NCBI GenBank assembly: GCA_937890785.1
Contig: CALAEC010000182.1
Location: forward strand, 1 to 36,379
DNA from: an uncultured Actinomycetes bacterium
GTDB taxonomy: Bacteria; Actinomycetota; UBA4738; CALAEC01
Reading direction: 5' to 3'
Length of the DNA stretch: 36,379 bases
This document shows, one piece after another, positions 36,363 through 36,379 of this stretch. A program made the translations under genes and the position numbers. Below the pieces are notes generated by a model. It had not been told where the DNA came from. It made no database searches and was given only the letters and a program-made list of their open reading frames with translations. Positions within the stretch are counted from its first letter, which is position 1. Every line of letters starts with the position of its first letter.

Positions 36363-36379
36363 GGGGTCGTGCGGGTCAC

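Overview
Very GC-rich, gene-dense actinobacterial core-genome segment. It looks like a deep-branching lineage: a groEL without an adjacent groES, carD and DUF3263-LytR_C occur together with a Bacillus-type SigH and a PIN/TRAM (YacL-like) gene. The left arm has a partial YegP/DUF1508-like gene, an atypical receiver protein coupled to a stand-alone NIL protein, groEL with a perfect CIRCE, a sulfotransferase-glycosyltransferase pair divergent from a small DUF5679-like gene with a perfect LexA box between them, an orphan response regulator, and an Rrf2 regulator divergent from DUF4395-thioredoxin. A compatible-solute cluster follows (gpgS, HAD phosphatase, AI-2E transporter, treT, otsA, otsB). The middle has LytR_C/DUF3263, glutamate dehydrogenase, a MacB/FtsX-type ABC pair and tRNA-Thr(UGU). 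The right arm, mostly on the minus strand, has sigH, rlmB, ispF, ispD, PIN-TRAM, carD, radA, DUF2277, an amidase, a VOC pseudogene, clpC, a YtxH-like gene, a His-rich protein, an orphan solute-binding lipoprotein, lysS, coaX, panC and DUF2520. I found no CRISPR array, transposase, integrase or recognisable defence system. The best candidates for undescribed biology are small: the NIL/pseudo-receiver module, the LexA box between the DUF5679-like and sulfotransferase genes, the Rrf2-DUF4395-thioredoxin module with a visible operator, a probable CUG-initiated Tat amidase, and a 29% His mini-protein where lsr2 usually lies. All family assignments come from motif recognition by eye; no searches were run.
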